Shown here: piece after piece, positions 47,453 through 57,435 of the stretch | Numbering within the stretch: position 1 is the stretch's first letter | How the letters are laid out: every line of letters starts with the position of its first letter | DNA from: a virus | Length of the DNA: 64,000 nucleotides | Virus record (IMG/VR): IMGVR_UViG_3300045988_184192 | Direction: 5' to 3' (one strand) | The notes under the pieces: generated by a model | Seen by the model: the letters and a program-made list of their open reading frames with translations, nothing else | Told to the model about the DNA's origin: nothing | The model's database searches: none | Translations under genes and position numbers: made by a program

Positions 47453-48175
47453 ATGTTAACTCAACTTAAAACTGAAGAAACTATCCCATCAACATCTGCT
47501 GCTCAAGAACCAGTTGATCCAATTGTCACAGATATTTCTATTAAATATCATCGTATTCAAGAATTCATTGACCAACTGGCTAATAACTTAAATATCCAGT
47601 CACGACTTCAAGAATTGACTCTTAATGGTGAACCTGTTCCAAAAGTAGACATCCTACTTCACGATTACCAAATGTCATTCATGGAAAGTAATCCATATTT
47701 CAAGTTAGATACCTTGTTCACAAGAATTGAACGAATTCACAACAGCTTGAATGATTCTGTTTATAGTCAACTATTAACACATTTCTTTGAATTGGTTCAA
47801 GATCCTGCTGTAAGTAACACTATTAAGATGAATGTGTTTGGTGATACTATTTATCAAACAATTGTCTCCACACACCCAACAAATCCGCAAGTATTTGATG
47901 TGTTCATTAAAATTCAGGAATCTAAATCAGGTAAAGTTGATCTCCAAGTTGCCTACAAATACCTGAAAAATAAACCTGTTGATGAACAACCAACATTCAT
48001 TCGTCACAACAACGCTCTTTTGAATCGTTCTTATTATACTCGATCTCAGAAGAAATCAGAAATCAAGCCAATCAAACAACAGTTTAATAATAGTTATGAT
48101 TCCCTAAAAGAAGCTGTTCAAATCATAGATCAAATCTTGAAAAACCCAACATCAAATCTACGAGAACTTTTGTAA
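47453..48175 (+). CDS. hypothetical protein
   Basis: Canonical RBS AAAGAAAGGTTATTTT-ATG. Confidence 0.5.
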   Translation: MLTQLKTEETIPSTSAAQEPVDPIVTDISIKYHRIQEFIDQLANNLNIQSRLQELTLNGEPVPKVDILLHDYQMSFMESNPYFKLDTLFTRIERIHNSLNDSVYSQLLTHFFELVQDPAVSNTIKMNVFGDTIYQTIVSTHPTNPQVFDVFIKIQESKSGKVDLQVAYKYLKNKPVDEQPTFIRHNNALLNRSYYTRSQKKSEIKPIKQQFNNSYDSLKEAVQIIDQILKNPTSNLRELL

Positions 48176-48189
48176 TCTGAGGTTCATTT

Positions 48190-48921
48190 ATGGCAAAAAC
48201 AGATTTAACTAAATCAATTGAACACGCACTTTGGTTTAAAACAAATGGACTCTTGTATGGTTGTCGAGAGGTGAAGATTGGACTTGGTTCCAATCGACAC
48301 CTTTTAACCAATCGTGAGGAATATGTGGACTATATGACCATTTCCTCATCAGGTGAAATCACTTGTTATGAGATTAAAGTTAGTAAATCTGATTTTAAAA
48401 GTAATGCAGCACTTTCATTTGAGGGGCATCGTAACTATATAGTCTTACCCAACACCCTCTATGATGAGATAAAAGATACAGATTATTTTAAAAAGAAACT
48501 TCCTTATCATGCAGGTGTCATTACATTTAATACGGCTAACCCTGTTTCACAGTATAGTCTCAAAACTGTTAAAAATTGTAAAAAGCGTGAATTATCCATT
48601 GGTAAACAAACACTTCTCATGGAAAGTTTAATGAGAAGTTTATCTCGTGAAGCTAATAAGTTCTACAAGGTTGATTATGCACCTGAAACAGTCACTATTG
48701 ATAAGAAAGAACTACAAGAACTTAAATCTGACCGTTCCAGATATGAACGTCTATATTCACAACTTGAATTATCTACTAAAGAATTGCACAACGATAAAGC
48801 TCTGTTAGAAAACTTGAAAAATATTCTAATTAGATATAATATCATTAATTATGATCATCTAGATGAACCACATCTTATCAAACAAAATCTTAGAAATTAT
48901 TTAGAAAAGGAGAAACAATAA
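48190..48921 (+). CDS. hypothetical protein with a PD-(D/E)xK nuclease-like motif
   Basis: EYVDYMTISSSGEITCYEIKVSKSDFKS gives a D ... E-x-K arrangement with typical spacing. Assignment is tentative. Confidence 0.3.
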   Translation: MAKTDLTKSIEHALWFKTNGLLYGCREVKIGLGSNRHLLTNREEYVDYMTISSSGEITCYEIKVSKSDFKSNAALSFEGHRNYIVLPNTLYDEIKDTDYFKKKLPYHAGVITFNTANPVSQYSLKTVKNCKKRELSIGKQTLLMESLMRSLSREANKFYKVDYAPETVTIDKKELQELKSDRSRYERLYSQLELSTKELHNDKALLENLKNILIRYNIINYDHLDEPHLIKQNLRNYLEKEKQ

Positions 48922-48926
48922 TAACT

Positions 48927-49739
48927 ATGAAATTCCTTAAGTTTATAACAATATGTGCTATCGTTCTTTATCTAGCAATGGTCGCATATGTTATCATTAC
49001 AAATCAATTACAAGAACCACCAAAGGTTGTATCTAGTAAAACCTATACTTGGTCTGATGATAAGCAAAAACAAGCCAAAATACTAGAAAACAAAGGCTAC
49101 TCTAAACAAGCCGCCACTAGTATTATTGGTAACACCACACTAGAATCTGATACTAACCCAACCATTTTTGTTCTAATTGGTGAAGATGAACCATTTTCAT
49201 TTGAAAGTTCATATGATAAAGTTGTGAATCAGATTATAAACCATATGACAACTACTACATTTGATAAACCAATTAAACAATATAATATTGAAAATGATAC
49301 AATTCAGTATAATAAATCTGAATTAGAATTGTATCGTAATCAAGATTATAAATTTAGATATTATAGCTTAGATAGCCCAACACCATGGTTAGGAAAAAAG
49401 AATTCTGAAGAACACTTAACACTGTTTTCCAAATTATTCAATACAGATAATTATTTTATTAAATCGAACGATTTCTCCAAAAATGAGAAACCTGCTTTGA
49501 TTAAAGATCCAAGTGTTTTGATGAAACCAAGTAAATTTGCATCCAAAGAAGATGAAAAGTATAAAGATAATCCTGATGCAGAATGGACCGTTGTGAAACG
49601 ATCTATCACAATTGATAAACGAGATATCAAATCAGAATATGCTAACGTTCAATATGATATTACAGTCCAAGAAACCTTGAAATGTTCCAATATTGATGCA
49701 CTATCTAATACTACTGATAATACAAATGGTTTACCTTAA
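48927..49739 (+). CDS. membrane-anchored or secreted protein (N-terminal TM/signal)
   Basis: MKFLKFITICAIVLYLAMVAYVII hydrophobic N-terminus. Confidence 0.5.
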   Translation: MKFLKFITICAIVLYLAMVAYVIITNQLQEPPKVVSSKTYTWSDDKQKQAKILENKGYSKQAATSIIGNTTLESDTNPTIFVLIGEDEPFSFESSYDKVVNQIINHMTTTTFDKPIKQYNIENDTIQYNKSELELYRNQDYKFRYYSLDSPTPWLGKKNSEEHLTLFSKLFNTDNYFIKSNDFSKNEKPALIKDPSVLMKPSKFASKEDEKYKDNPDAEWTVVKRSITIDKRDIKSEYANVQYDITVQETLKCSNIDALSNTTDNTNGLP

Positions 49740-49791
49740 TGGTAGCCATTTGTGTTATTTATAAAACCACTTATGAAAGGAAATAACTAAC

Positions 49792-50118
49792 ATGACCTAT
49801 GATGTAACAAAAGAACAAATTGAATTGTTTAACAAACACTTCAAAGTAATTGAAGAAGCTGGTGCAGTAATTGAATCCACTATGGATAAAATTAACCCAA
49901 ATTTTGATATCAATGAAGCAAGTAATGGTGAAATTGATGAATATTTGTTGAATACTAACTGGACTCAAACATACACCTCTTATAATGATTATGGTTCAGA
50001 TTATTATATTCAAGATAAGAAAACTGAAACTAATTTGAAAACTATTGACAATTTGTATGACATCTTTGATTTTATCCAAAATGATATGTCCAACCACTTG
50101 GATCAACTAAAACCTTAG
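49792..50118 (+). CDS. hypothetical acidic protein
   Basis: Canonical RBS TTATGAAAGGAAATAACTAAC-ATG. Confidence 0.5.
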   Translation: MTYDVTKEQIELFNKHFKVIEEAGAVIESTMDKINPNFDINEASNGEIDEYLLNTNWTQTYTSYNDYGSDYYIQDKKTETNLKTIDNLYDIFDFIQNDMSNHLDQLKP

Positions 50119-50132
50119 ATGGTGGTGAACTT

Positions 50133-50864
50133 ATGAGTCGTTCAAAATCTCGTAAATATGCTAATAATCACATATCTAATCGTAAAACTAAAAAAGTTCC
50201 AAAATTAGTTCCAGTTGAAGAACTTCAAGAAAAGTATGTTCATAAAAACACATCACTTCGTTATGAAGATCGCCATGTTCTGGTACCCTATGTTGGTCAG
50301 GACGTAGAATTTACTGGTATTATTGTTGAAACATTTGGTAATAAGTCCAACAACATTTTCGATAAAGATTTCACTATTTTAAGCGTTTGCCTAACTTCTG
50401 ATAAACGCATCGAATTGGATCACCTGAATATTAGGATTCCAATTATCCAACTCGATAAAACTCAGCCCATTAGGAATTTTGACCGTGTAACATTTGTTGC
50501 AAATGTTCGTTATTATAATAATGGTAACAAACGTTCTGTAGGGTTAGGTTTGATAAAATCTATTAAGAATCATAAACGAATGGTCTTCCCAACACCATCT
50601 TTGTCTATGTTTGTTAGAAACAAAATTAGGCAAATCACAAGTCACGTCAATTTGAATAAATTGTCTTCAAAAATTAAGAATTACTGTAATGACTTGCCAA
50701 ATAATGGGCTTCGTGAAGAATTTATGGAAACATTTTTCTATTCAAAACATATGAAGAAAATGGTCTGGTCACGAAAGAAATTGATTCCTATTTTATCAGC
50801 TTATCCAGATGATTCACTCAGGTCTTACCTGATTCAAAATAAATCAGTTAAACCAAAACAATAG
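50133..50864 (+). CDS. hypothetical protein with a highly basic N-terminus
   Basis: MSRSKSRKYANNHISNRKTKKVPK. Confidence 0.5.
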   Translation: MSRSKSRKYANNHISNRKTKKVPKLVPVEELQEKYVHKNTSLRYEDRHVLVPYVGQDVEFTGIIVETFGNKSNNIFDKDFTILSVCLTSDKRIELDHLNIRIPIIQLDKTQPIRNFDRVTFVANVRYYNNGNKRSVGLGLIKSIKNHKRMVFPTPSLSMFVRNKIRQITSHVNLNKLSSKIKNYCNDLPNNGLREEFMETFFYSKHMKKMVWSRKKLIPILSAYPDDSLRSYLIQNKSVKPKQ

Positions 50865-50892
50865 ATTATTGAAAAGAAAGTTTAGGAAAACT

Positions 50893-51186
50893 ATGATGCA
50901 AATGTACATGTTAAGTAAAGTTGCTGAACAATTTCTGAAACATCAGTACCCAAATGATGCTGATTTAGTTTATGAATTGAGAACACAACCCCATAATCGT
51001 ATTCAAATCTATAATAACCGTACAAACAAACGTTTATTCAGAGGGCGCGTTGAAACAAAAGATGATTACGAAAAGTTTTATCAACATAATGACACCAATC
51101 CAACAACGATTATTGCTCAAGAAAAACTTGGAAATATTAATTTTGTTATTTACCAAGACTTGATTGATAATAATGATGATTTATGA
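50893..51186 (+). CDS. hypothetical protein
   Basis: ATG at 50893 after AGGAAAACT. The ORF track used the TTG at 50869. Confidence 0.45.
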   Translation: MMQMYMLSKVAEQFLKHQYPNDADLVYELRTQPHNRIQIYNNRTNKRLFRGRVETKDDYEKFYQHNDTNPTTIIAQEKLGNINFVIYQDLIDNNDDL

Positions 51187-51258
51187 TATTTTAGTGTCAT
51201 CACCCCAACACCATTTTTGAAAATTTAATTTAAAATACAAAGAAAGGTAGCTCTAAAC

Positions 51259-51558
51259 ATGATTTTGAAGCAAAATAGTAAATATGCTGAATCTATCCAT
51301 TATGTTGATAATTTAGATGCTATATTTGATATCTTGATGCAACACCTCTATTTTGATGTCAATTGCGAAATAAATGATCACATTTTTCCACTAACCTATA
51401 AGAATGGTAAAATTGTCATTGGTGATATTGACGATGAGCCATTAAAGACATATGAGGAAGTAGTGGATGACATTGCTAGTTGGTATGTTGATATGAGTGA
51501 AGTTGATAATATGGAAAACCTAAATCAATTAATTAAAGAAATGAATTCATATCTATAA
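51259..51558 (+). CDS. hypothetical acidic protein
   Basis: Canonical RBS. CAACACCA box 46 nt upstream. Confidence 0.5.
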   Translation: MILKQNSKYAESIHYVDNLDAIFDILMQHLYFDVNCEINDHIFPLTYKNGKIVIGDIDDEPLKTYEEVVDDIASWYVDMSEVDNMENLNQLIKEMNSYL

Positions 51559-51581
51559 TCTTAAAATCAGAAAGGTACACC

Positions 51582-52016
51582 ATGTCATTAAATAGTACAA
51601 TATTTCAAGGATTCCTTGTTGATGGTTATATAGAAGATGATGATTTCACACCAGATCAGCAAGAATTGATCAAAGAAGTGTTTTCACTTTTTAAAACAAC
51701 ATTGATCTTATTAAAACACTTAGGACGAAATAATTTGAATAACGAACGATTAAATCAAACATTTCGTGTAGCTCAAATGATGCTAAATGATTGGGTTTAT
51801 GATGTAACTTATTACGAATCCACTGATTTCCATCAATATGATAAAGATAATCTCCTGGCAAATTTTGAAGAACTTCAAGAATATCACAGTCCAACAAAGT
51901 TGTTAACTAATATTTTAACAATCCTTGATCAATTGGACCAAGATGAATTAAATTCTTTTGATAAACAAGAACATGATATTCGAGAGGTTGCTGTTGAATT
52001 ATACGAATATCTTTAA
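51582..52016 (+). CDS. hypothetical acidic protein
   Basis: Canonical RBS ATCAGAAAGGTACACC-ATG. Confidence 0.5.
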   Translation: MSLNSTIFQGFLVDGYIEDDDFTPDQQELIKEVFSLFKTTLILLKHLGRNNLNNERLNQTFRVAQMMLNDWVYDVTYYESTDFHQYDKDNLLANFEELQEYHSPTKLLTNILTILDQLDQDELNSFDKQEHDIREVAVELYEYL

Positions 52017-52088
52017 AACTCAACACCATTCTTGCATTTTAATTAAAAATTTCTAAAATTATTCTATTGAAAGTAGGTTTCACTTATT

Positions 52089-52475
52089 ATGTCCGCATCC
52101 ACTTATTCAACCACTCGATCTGATATTGAGGTTCGCCACGTTGAGTTGAATTTGACCGATACTTGGTTACATGAACCTCAAGCCGTTGACGCTGAAAATA
52201 TCATCCAACACTCGGTCAAACAACTTAAAACAGGCACACGTTTTGGCACGGTTATGTTTGTCAGCCTAAACTATGAAAACTTCAATATTCGTGTTGAACT
52301 AAATCAATCAATGGTGATCAAAGGTCTCATCACTGAAAATGTTGACCTCATCCCAGAAGATATCAAAAATGAATTGGTGAAAGACCTGAAATTAGAAGCC
52401 AAAGATCTCATTGATGAAATCTTGAAACGAATGGGTCCACTTGTTCTAGGTCGAGAAACTAAAATTTTTAAATAA
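52089..52475 (+). CDS. hypothetical protein
   Basis: ORF. CAACACCA box upstream at 52021-52028. Confidence 0.5.
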   Translation: MSASTYSTTRSDIEVRHVELNLTDTWLHEPQAVDAENIIQHSVKQLKTGTRFGTVMFVSLNYENFNIRVELNQSMVIKGLITENVDLIPEDIKNELVKDLKLEAKDLIDEILKRMGPLVLGRETKIFK

Positions 52476-52526
52476 ATTTGAAAGGAATACACTATAGCAA
52501 AGAAACAACTAAATATTCTTACAAAA

Positions 52527-53054
52527 TTGAAGTATTATATTCAATACATGAGATCACTTGGTTTTGACCAACGTGCTTATACTCAATTCCAAGGTTATGA
52601 TTTGGATCACTATCGTTTTGGTACCTTTAGTCGTGGTGTTTTTCAACATTATACCAAAATTTATGATAGTAATAATCCAAAAGGTATGCGAGTTCGTTGT
52701 ATAGACCCACAAGAAGCTTATCTTAAGGCTGATAGTTTGAAAATACTCATCATATTAAACGATGCCTACGAACGAATTCAAATCCCATTTGAAAACATTA
52801 GTTTAGAAATGAATGAACAAAAAGGTGTTGTAAGCCATGATATTGTTCATGAAGTCATGATTGATCCTTATATTGAACCAAATATTCATATTCAAGCCTT
52901 GTATAAAGATGGTCAAGCATTTTATGCTCACATCACCATTCACGGTTCAGATATTATGTTGAAACAATCTAAGAAATATCAATATTTAAAAGATAAAGAA
53001 ACGTTGAAAAACTTATTATCACAATCAACCATTGAAAGGACCATCTATCTATGA
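52527..53054 (+). CDS. hypothetical protein; the true start may be an in-frame ATA at 52490
   Basis: The canonical RBS TTTGAAAGGAATACACT lies 10 nt upstream of an in-frame ATA at 52490 with no intervening stop. The first ATG in frame is at 52548. The TTG at 52527 is the ORF-track start. Confidence 0.45.
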   Translation: MKYYIQYMRSLGFDQRAYTQFQGYDLDHYRFGTFSRGVFQHYTKIYDSNNPKGMRVRCIDPQEAYLKADSLKILIILNDAYERIQIPFENISLEMNEQKGVVSHDIVHEVMIDPYIEPNIHIQALYKDGQAFYAHITIHGSDIMLKQSKKYQYLKDKETLKNLLSQSTIERTIYL

Positions 53055-53716
53055 TTAATCCCAACACAGTTATCAGTGTCACTTTAGTCATCATTACATT
53101 AATTTATATTGTTAAAGTGATTGTACCACTTTATAAAATTTATCATAAATATTATGTAGAGCAAGATCTTCTGGATAATTACAAGTATCTAAAGCATAAA
53201 AAGATTGAGACAGAAAATGATATTGTAAAAATCTTGACCAAATTAGATTCAGATGTGGACACGTTTTATATCATTAATCAACCTGCTAATCTATTATTAT
53301 TAACTAGTTTATTAAATATTATCACCATTTTATTACATTTCTATACACAATCTATTCAGTTAACAGAATTGACATGGGTTACATCTATTATCATAACCCC
53401 TCAATTATTCATAATTGCAGCATTAAATTACATCACCTTTAGAACAAATCCTAAATATAATAAAGATTCTAAGAAAATGTTGTATTATTTTGTTGGAATT
53501 TTATATTTTGAAAACTATTGTCTACGATATATTCGTGATCATATTCAATCATATCAACTTGAACCTGAACTTGAACAAGAGTTCAATGAAACATTTGCAA
53601 CTCTTGATGATGAACACAAAGGTATTGTTGACATGATGCATGAATTACCAGAATTGGTTCAGTTGAAACATAAAATGGATGCTGATATGGAAGAATTATT
53701 ACCAAGAAAGGAATGA
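53051..53716 (+). CDS. membrane protein (221 aa)
   Basis: Several hydrophobic helices. Confidence 0.5.
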   Translation: MINPNTVISVTLVIITLIYIVKVIVPLYKIYHKYYVEQDLLDNYKYLKHKKIETENDIVKILTKLDSDVDTFYIINQPANLLLLTSLLNIITILLHFYTQSIQLTELTWVTSIIITPQLFIIAALNYITFRTNPKYNKDSKKMLYYFVGILYFENYCLRYIRDHIQSYQLEPELEQEFNETFATLDDEHKGIVDMMHELPELVQLKHKMDADMEELLPRKE

Positions 53717-53725
53717 GTTAATTAT

Positions 53726-54619
53726 ATGAATCATAAAGATAAAGAATCCAGTTATTATGATAGAATGAATAGCACCATGTCTCATAAAATCAAAGCCATT
53801 GCACCAATTGTAACTAAAAATAAAGATAAAGATGCTTCATTTTTAGATTTTGGTTCTGGCTTGAGCCTAGACATCAAAGATTTTGTATCTGAACATGGTT
53901 ATCAATATGAAGCTTTGGATTGCGATCCATATGTTCAATCTGAACTACACAAGGAAAAAATTGTTTGTTACAATATTATAGATGCTATTCCATCTGACAA
54001 ACAATATGATATTGTGTACATGTCATCTGTTTTCCATGAACTATTGGTCTACAAATCACACTTGAAAATCATCAATATTTTCAATAAAATCCACAAGTTA
54101 TTAAAACCAAATGGTCACTTGATTATTCGTGATTGGGCGGTTGAATCATATAGTTCCTATTGTAACGGTTTTGTCACCATCAATCCTCAACACATTGATG
54201 AAATTTACACATGGTATCAAGCTATGTTGGAATCAGGTGTTTTGAAACGACCAATCAATGTTATCATTGATAACCTATCTCAGCCATTTACAAAAAATTT
54301 AGTAGATTCACTAACCAATGAATCGTTACCTAAAACAATGGATATTCAAGGTCAATTTGATGATATTGTGAATCTAATATATCATTGTGTCTGGGGTCTA
54401 AAATCTTTACCTCGTGAAAGTCAAGAAAATTATGTCATTTCACCAGACTCTCTTGGCACCTATATCACACGATTAGGTCGTTTCGAATGCGTATCATCAG
54501 AAACAGATTATGATGAAAGTTACCTAAAGTATCTGAATAAATACTTTCCAAAAATGTCTAAATTGATACACCCTACTAAACAAGTATTAGTATTCAAAAA
54601 ATTAGATGTTGACTACTAA
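53726..54619 (+). CDS. class I SAM-dependent methyltransferase-like protein
   Basis: Motif I-like FLDFGSGLSLD, then LKPNGHLIIRDW (post-motif III). Substrate unknown. Confidence 0.5.
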   Translation: MNHKDKESSYYDRMNSTMSHKIKAIAPIVTKNKDKDASFLDFGSGLSLDIKDFVSEHGYQYEALDCDPYVQSELHKEKIVCYNIIDAIPSDKQYDIVYMSSVFHELLVYKSHLKIINIFNKIHKLLKPNGHLIIRDWAVESYSSYCNGFVTINPQHIDEIYTWYQAMLESGVLKRPINVIIDNLSQPFTKNLVDSLTNESLPKTMDIQGQFDDIVNLIYHCVWGLKSLPRESQENYVISPDSLGTYITRLGRFECVSSETDYDESYLKYLNKYFPKMSKLIHPTKQVLVFKKLDVDY

Positions 54620-54654
54620 TTTTATGTAGTTTACTACAATTTGTTAGAAAGGAA

Positions 54655-54840
54655 ATGTTGATGATGAAAGATAAAGATGATGTTCTTTACACTGGAAGAC
54701 TTTATCTGTTTAATGTTATTCCATTATGGAAGGTAACAAAGACTAAGCAAGAATGGAAACAAATTGCAGTGATGATGTCATCAAGAAATAAAATTGTAAT
54801 GTTTAAGTTTGAAGATGATGATCACAAGAACGTTTATTAA
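54655..54840 (+). CDS. hypothetical small protein (61 aa)
   Basis: Canonical RBS GTTAGAAAGGAAATGTTG-ATG. Confidence 0.4.
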   Translation: MLMMKDKDDVLYTGRLYLFNVIPLWKVTKTKQEWKQIAVMMSSRNKIVMFKFEDDDHKNVY

Positions 54841-54987
54841 CATAACTGTTTTTCTGTTATTTTTCTAGAAAACCCTTGCAAAAGGGCTTATTTTCTAGTA
54901 AAATAAGTTGTAGAATACAACTCATGCATTTGAGCAGATTGCTCAAATGTTCAACACCATTTTCGTTATTTTTATTAATAATTTATT

Positions 54988-57378
54988 ATGAAATTTGAGA
55001 AAGGATTTCAATATATGTCAAAAACAACTAAAACTATCACTGGTCTCGGTCTTGCAGGACTTGGCGTTGCTGCTGCGGTTGCGGCACTTGGCGCAAATGA
55101 CCAACAACCTAACACAAACGCTCAAGAGCCAAAAGCGAGCGAACCTAAAGCAAGTTCCACTGTCAAAGACAATGGGTCAAGTCGCGCTAAAACTGCCGAT
55201 CATGCAGCTAAAGATGCCGTCAAAGACCTGAAGAAATTTGCTCAAACTCAAGAAGCTGTCAAAGATGCAGAAAAAGCTGTCAAAGAAGCTGAGAAAGCGG
55301 AACAAGCTGCTGCAACTTACCAAGTGAAAGAAAATGATTCACTTTGGACTATTTCTCAAGCAACAGGTATCTCTGTAGATGAACTAGCTGCTCACAATGG
55401 TATTGCAAATCCAAATGTGATTCATGTTGGTGACACCATCCAAATCCCAACCCAAGCACCATCTGTACAAGCTGCTCAAACAGCATCTGCTAAAGCGCGT
55501 GAACGTCTTCAAAATGCACAACGTGCTCAAGAAGAAGTAAAAGCTGAAGAAGCAAAACCTGCTGATGTTGCATCATCTGCACCTGCTAAACCTGCCAAGG
55601 GATCTATTGGTAATGTTGTTGTTGCTGAAACGCCTGCTAAGCCTGTAGAAACGCCTGCTGAGCAACCAAAAGAGCCATCTGCTCCAACTGCACCAGTTGA
55701 GTCAGAAAAGCCAGTAGAGAAGCCATCAGAGTCCTCTACACCTGCTGAAACACCTGCTCCTGCTGAAACTCCTAAACCAAGTGTAGAAGATTCTAACCAC
55801 AAACCAGTGGTTCCAGAAACTCCATCTGCACCAGTTGAAACAACTGAAACTGTATCTACCAAAACTGTTGAACGGTACACACCATTTGACACGGAAACTG
55901 TTTATGATAATACCTTGCCATACGGTTCTCAAAATGAAGTACAACCTGGTATTGGTGGCAAAACAGTTGTGAAAATCACTGAACGTTTTGTAAATGGTGT
56001 ATCACAAGGTCAATCAGAAGAAGTGGTTAGTGTGACACCTGTTCAAAACCGTGTAATCGTTGTAGGTACTTACCAAGCACCTGCTCCAACACCAACTGCA
56101 CCAGTTGAATCCACTACAACTCCTACTGGACCAATTGCTCCTGTTGCACCAGTTGAAGAACCTGCTACACCTGCTCCAACTGATGGTGACTCTAGCACTG
56201 TTGTGGAACAACCAGTGCAACCTACTCAGCCTGTTACACCAGTTCAGCCTACTGAACCAGTTGCTCCAACCACACCAGTTGAGCCAACACTTCCAGTTGT
56301 ACCAGTGACACCAGATCAACCACGACCTGAAAAACCTGTTGATGCACCAGTTGAAGAAACCGTGACGACTCGTGTTCATGATGAAAATCGTGATGCAGTT
56401 GCTTACCAAGTTGAAACAACTGAAGATGCTGAACTTGAAGCAGGTAAGACTGTTGTAGACCAAGAGGGTGTAGATGGATACACTGTTTATACAGTAACTG
56501 AAACCCTTAAGAATGGTCAAGTTGTGGACAGTCAAACAACTGTTAAAGAAGTTGTAGCACCTGTTAACAAAAAGGTACGTGTTGGTACTAAGAAAGCCTA
56601 TGTACCACAAACTATCAAGAAATCTGAAACAGTTCGTGTTGATGAAAATGGTACTGTTCTAGGATCAATTGAGGGTTATGACTTCGTTGGTAAATCAGAT
56701 GTATCAAAATCTGAAACTGCTGAAAATGGTGACACTATTATCACAACTACAACAACAGAAGTCTACAAGAAACATGTTGAAAAACCTGCTACACCTGCTC
56801 CTACACCTAGTGAATCAACTCTGACGGCTGCTTCTACTGATGAACTCAACACCATCAAGGAACAAGTTAAGGGTGGTTCTAACATCAGTGATGAGCAAGC
56901 AGCTGCTGTTACAGACCTTGACTTCAGTTACAACGTTTCTCAACAATTCCGCGAATTGATGAAGAATGATGAAGATATGCCACAATGGTTGGCGGATAGT
57001 AACAAGACTGCTTACGACGTAGAAGTCAACAAAGATACAGTTCGTAATGTTGCATCACGTTCTGTTGAAGCGATTGCTAAGATGGCTCACGTTCGCCCTA
57101 ACGGTGATAATGGTCATGAAAGTAATCTGGCTCAAGGTTCTATCTCAAACGCAGATATCAAGGCTGAAATGGCTAAATCTGGCAAGTCTGAAAAAGAAGC
57201 TCTGGCAACTCTCATTGCTCAATACCTCTACGAATCATGGGTTGTTGAAGAACGTCCTGCTGATGACTACGATGGTGAAACAGGTCACTACATGAATGCC
57301 TTTAATGGTGCTATCAACACATCCGTGTTCCTAGTGAAAACACCAAATGGCTACTTGTTCAGTGCAGCATCTGCCTAA
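54988..57378 (+). CDS. secreted LysM + G5-domain Pro/Thr-rich wall-associated protein with a C-terminal globular domain of unknown function
   Basis: Signal peptide. LysM (YQVKENDSLWTISQATGISVDELAAHNGIANPNVIHVGDTIQIP). G5-like segments (YTPFDTETVYDNTLPYGSQNEVQPGIGGKTVVKITERFVNGV; TTRVHDENRDAVAYQVETTEDAELEAGKTVVDQEGVDGYTV). Long PT/PAP linkers. Confidence 0.7.
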   Translation: MKFEKGFQYMSKTTKTITGLGLAGLGVAAAVAALGANDQQPNTNAQEPKASEPKASSTVKDNGSSRAKTADHAAKDAVKDLKKFAQTQEAVKDAEKAVKEAEKAEQAAATYQVKENDSLWTISQATGISVDELAAHNGIANPNVIHVGDTIQIPTQAPSVQAAQTASAKARERLQNAQRAQEEVKAEEAKPADVASSAPAKPAKGSIGNVVVAETPAKPVETPAEQPKEPSAPTAPVESEKPVEKPSESSTPAETPAPAETPKPSVEDSNHKPVVPETPSAPVETTETVSTKTVERYTPFDTETVYDNTLPYGSQNEVQPGIGGKTVVKITERFVNGVSQGQSEEVVSVTPVQNRVIVVGTYQAPAPTPTAPVESTTTPTGPIAPVAPVEEPATPAPTDGDSSTVVEQPVQPTQPVTPVQPTEPVAPTTPVEPTLPVVPVTPDQPRPEKPVDAPVEETVTTRVHDENRDAVAYQVETTEDAELEAGKTVVDQEGVDGYTVYTVTETLKNGQVVDSQTTVKEVVAPVNKKVRVGTKKAYVPQTIKKSETVRVDENGTVLGSIEGYDFVGKSDVSKSETAENGDTIITTTTTEVYKKHVEKPATPAPTPSESTLTAASTDELNTIKEQVKGGSNISDEQAAAVTDLDFSYNVSQQFRELMKNDEDMPQWLADSNKTAYDVEVNKDTVRNVASRSVEAIAKMAHVRPNGDNGHESNLAQGSISNADIKAEMAKSGKSEKEALATLIAQYLYESWVVEERPADDYDGETGHYMNAFNGAINTSVFLVKTPNGYLFSAASA

Positions 57379-57396
57379 CATCATGCAATAATTCAA

Positions 57397-57432
57397 AAGG
57401 AAACAGATTAATCTGTTTCCTTTATTTTTATT
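57397..57432 (+). terminator. rho-independent terminator
   Basis: AAAGGAAACAGATTAATCTGTTTCCTTT followed by ATTTTTATT. Confidence 0.65.
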
Positions 57433-57435
57433 ATA

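Noticed and set aside
55527-57295. ORFs antisense or out of frame within the LysM-G5 gene (55527-55892 -, 55726-55944 -, 56014-56610 -, 56105-56308 +, 57047-57295 +)
   Set aside because: Pro/Thr/Ala-rich linker repeats create spurious frames. There are no independent start signals.
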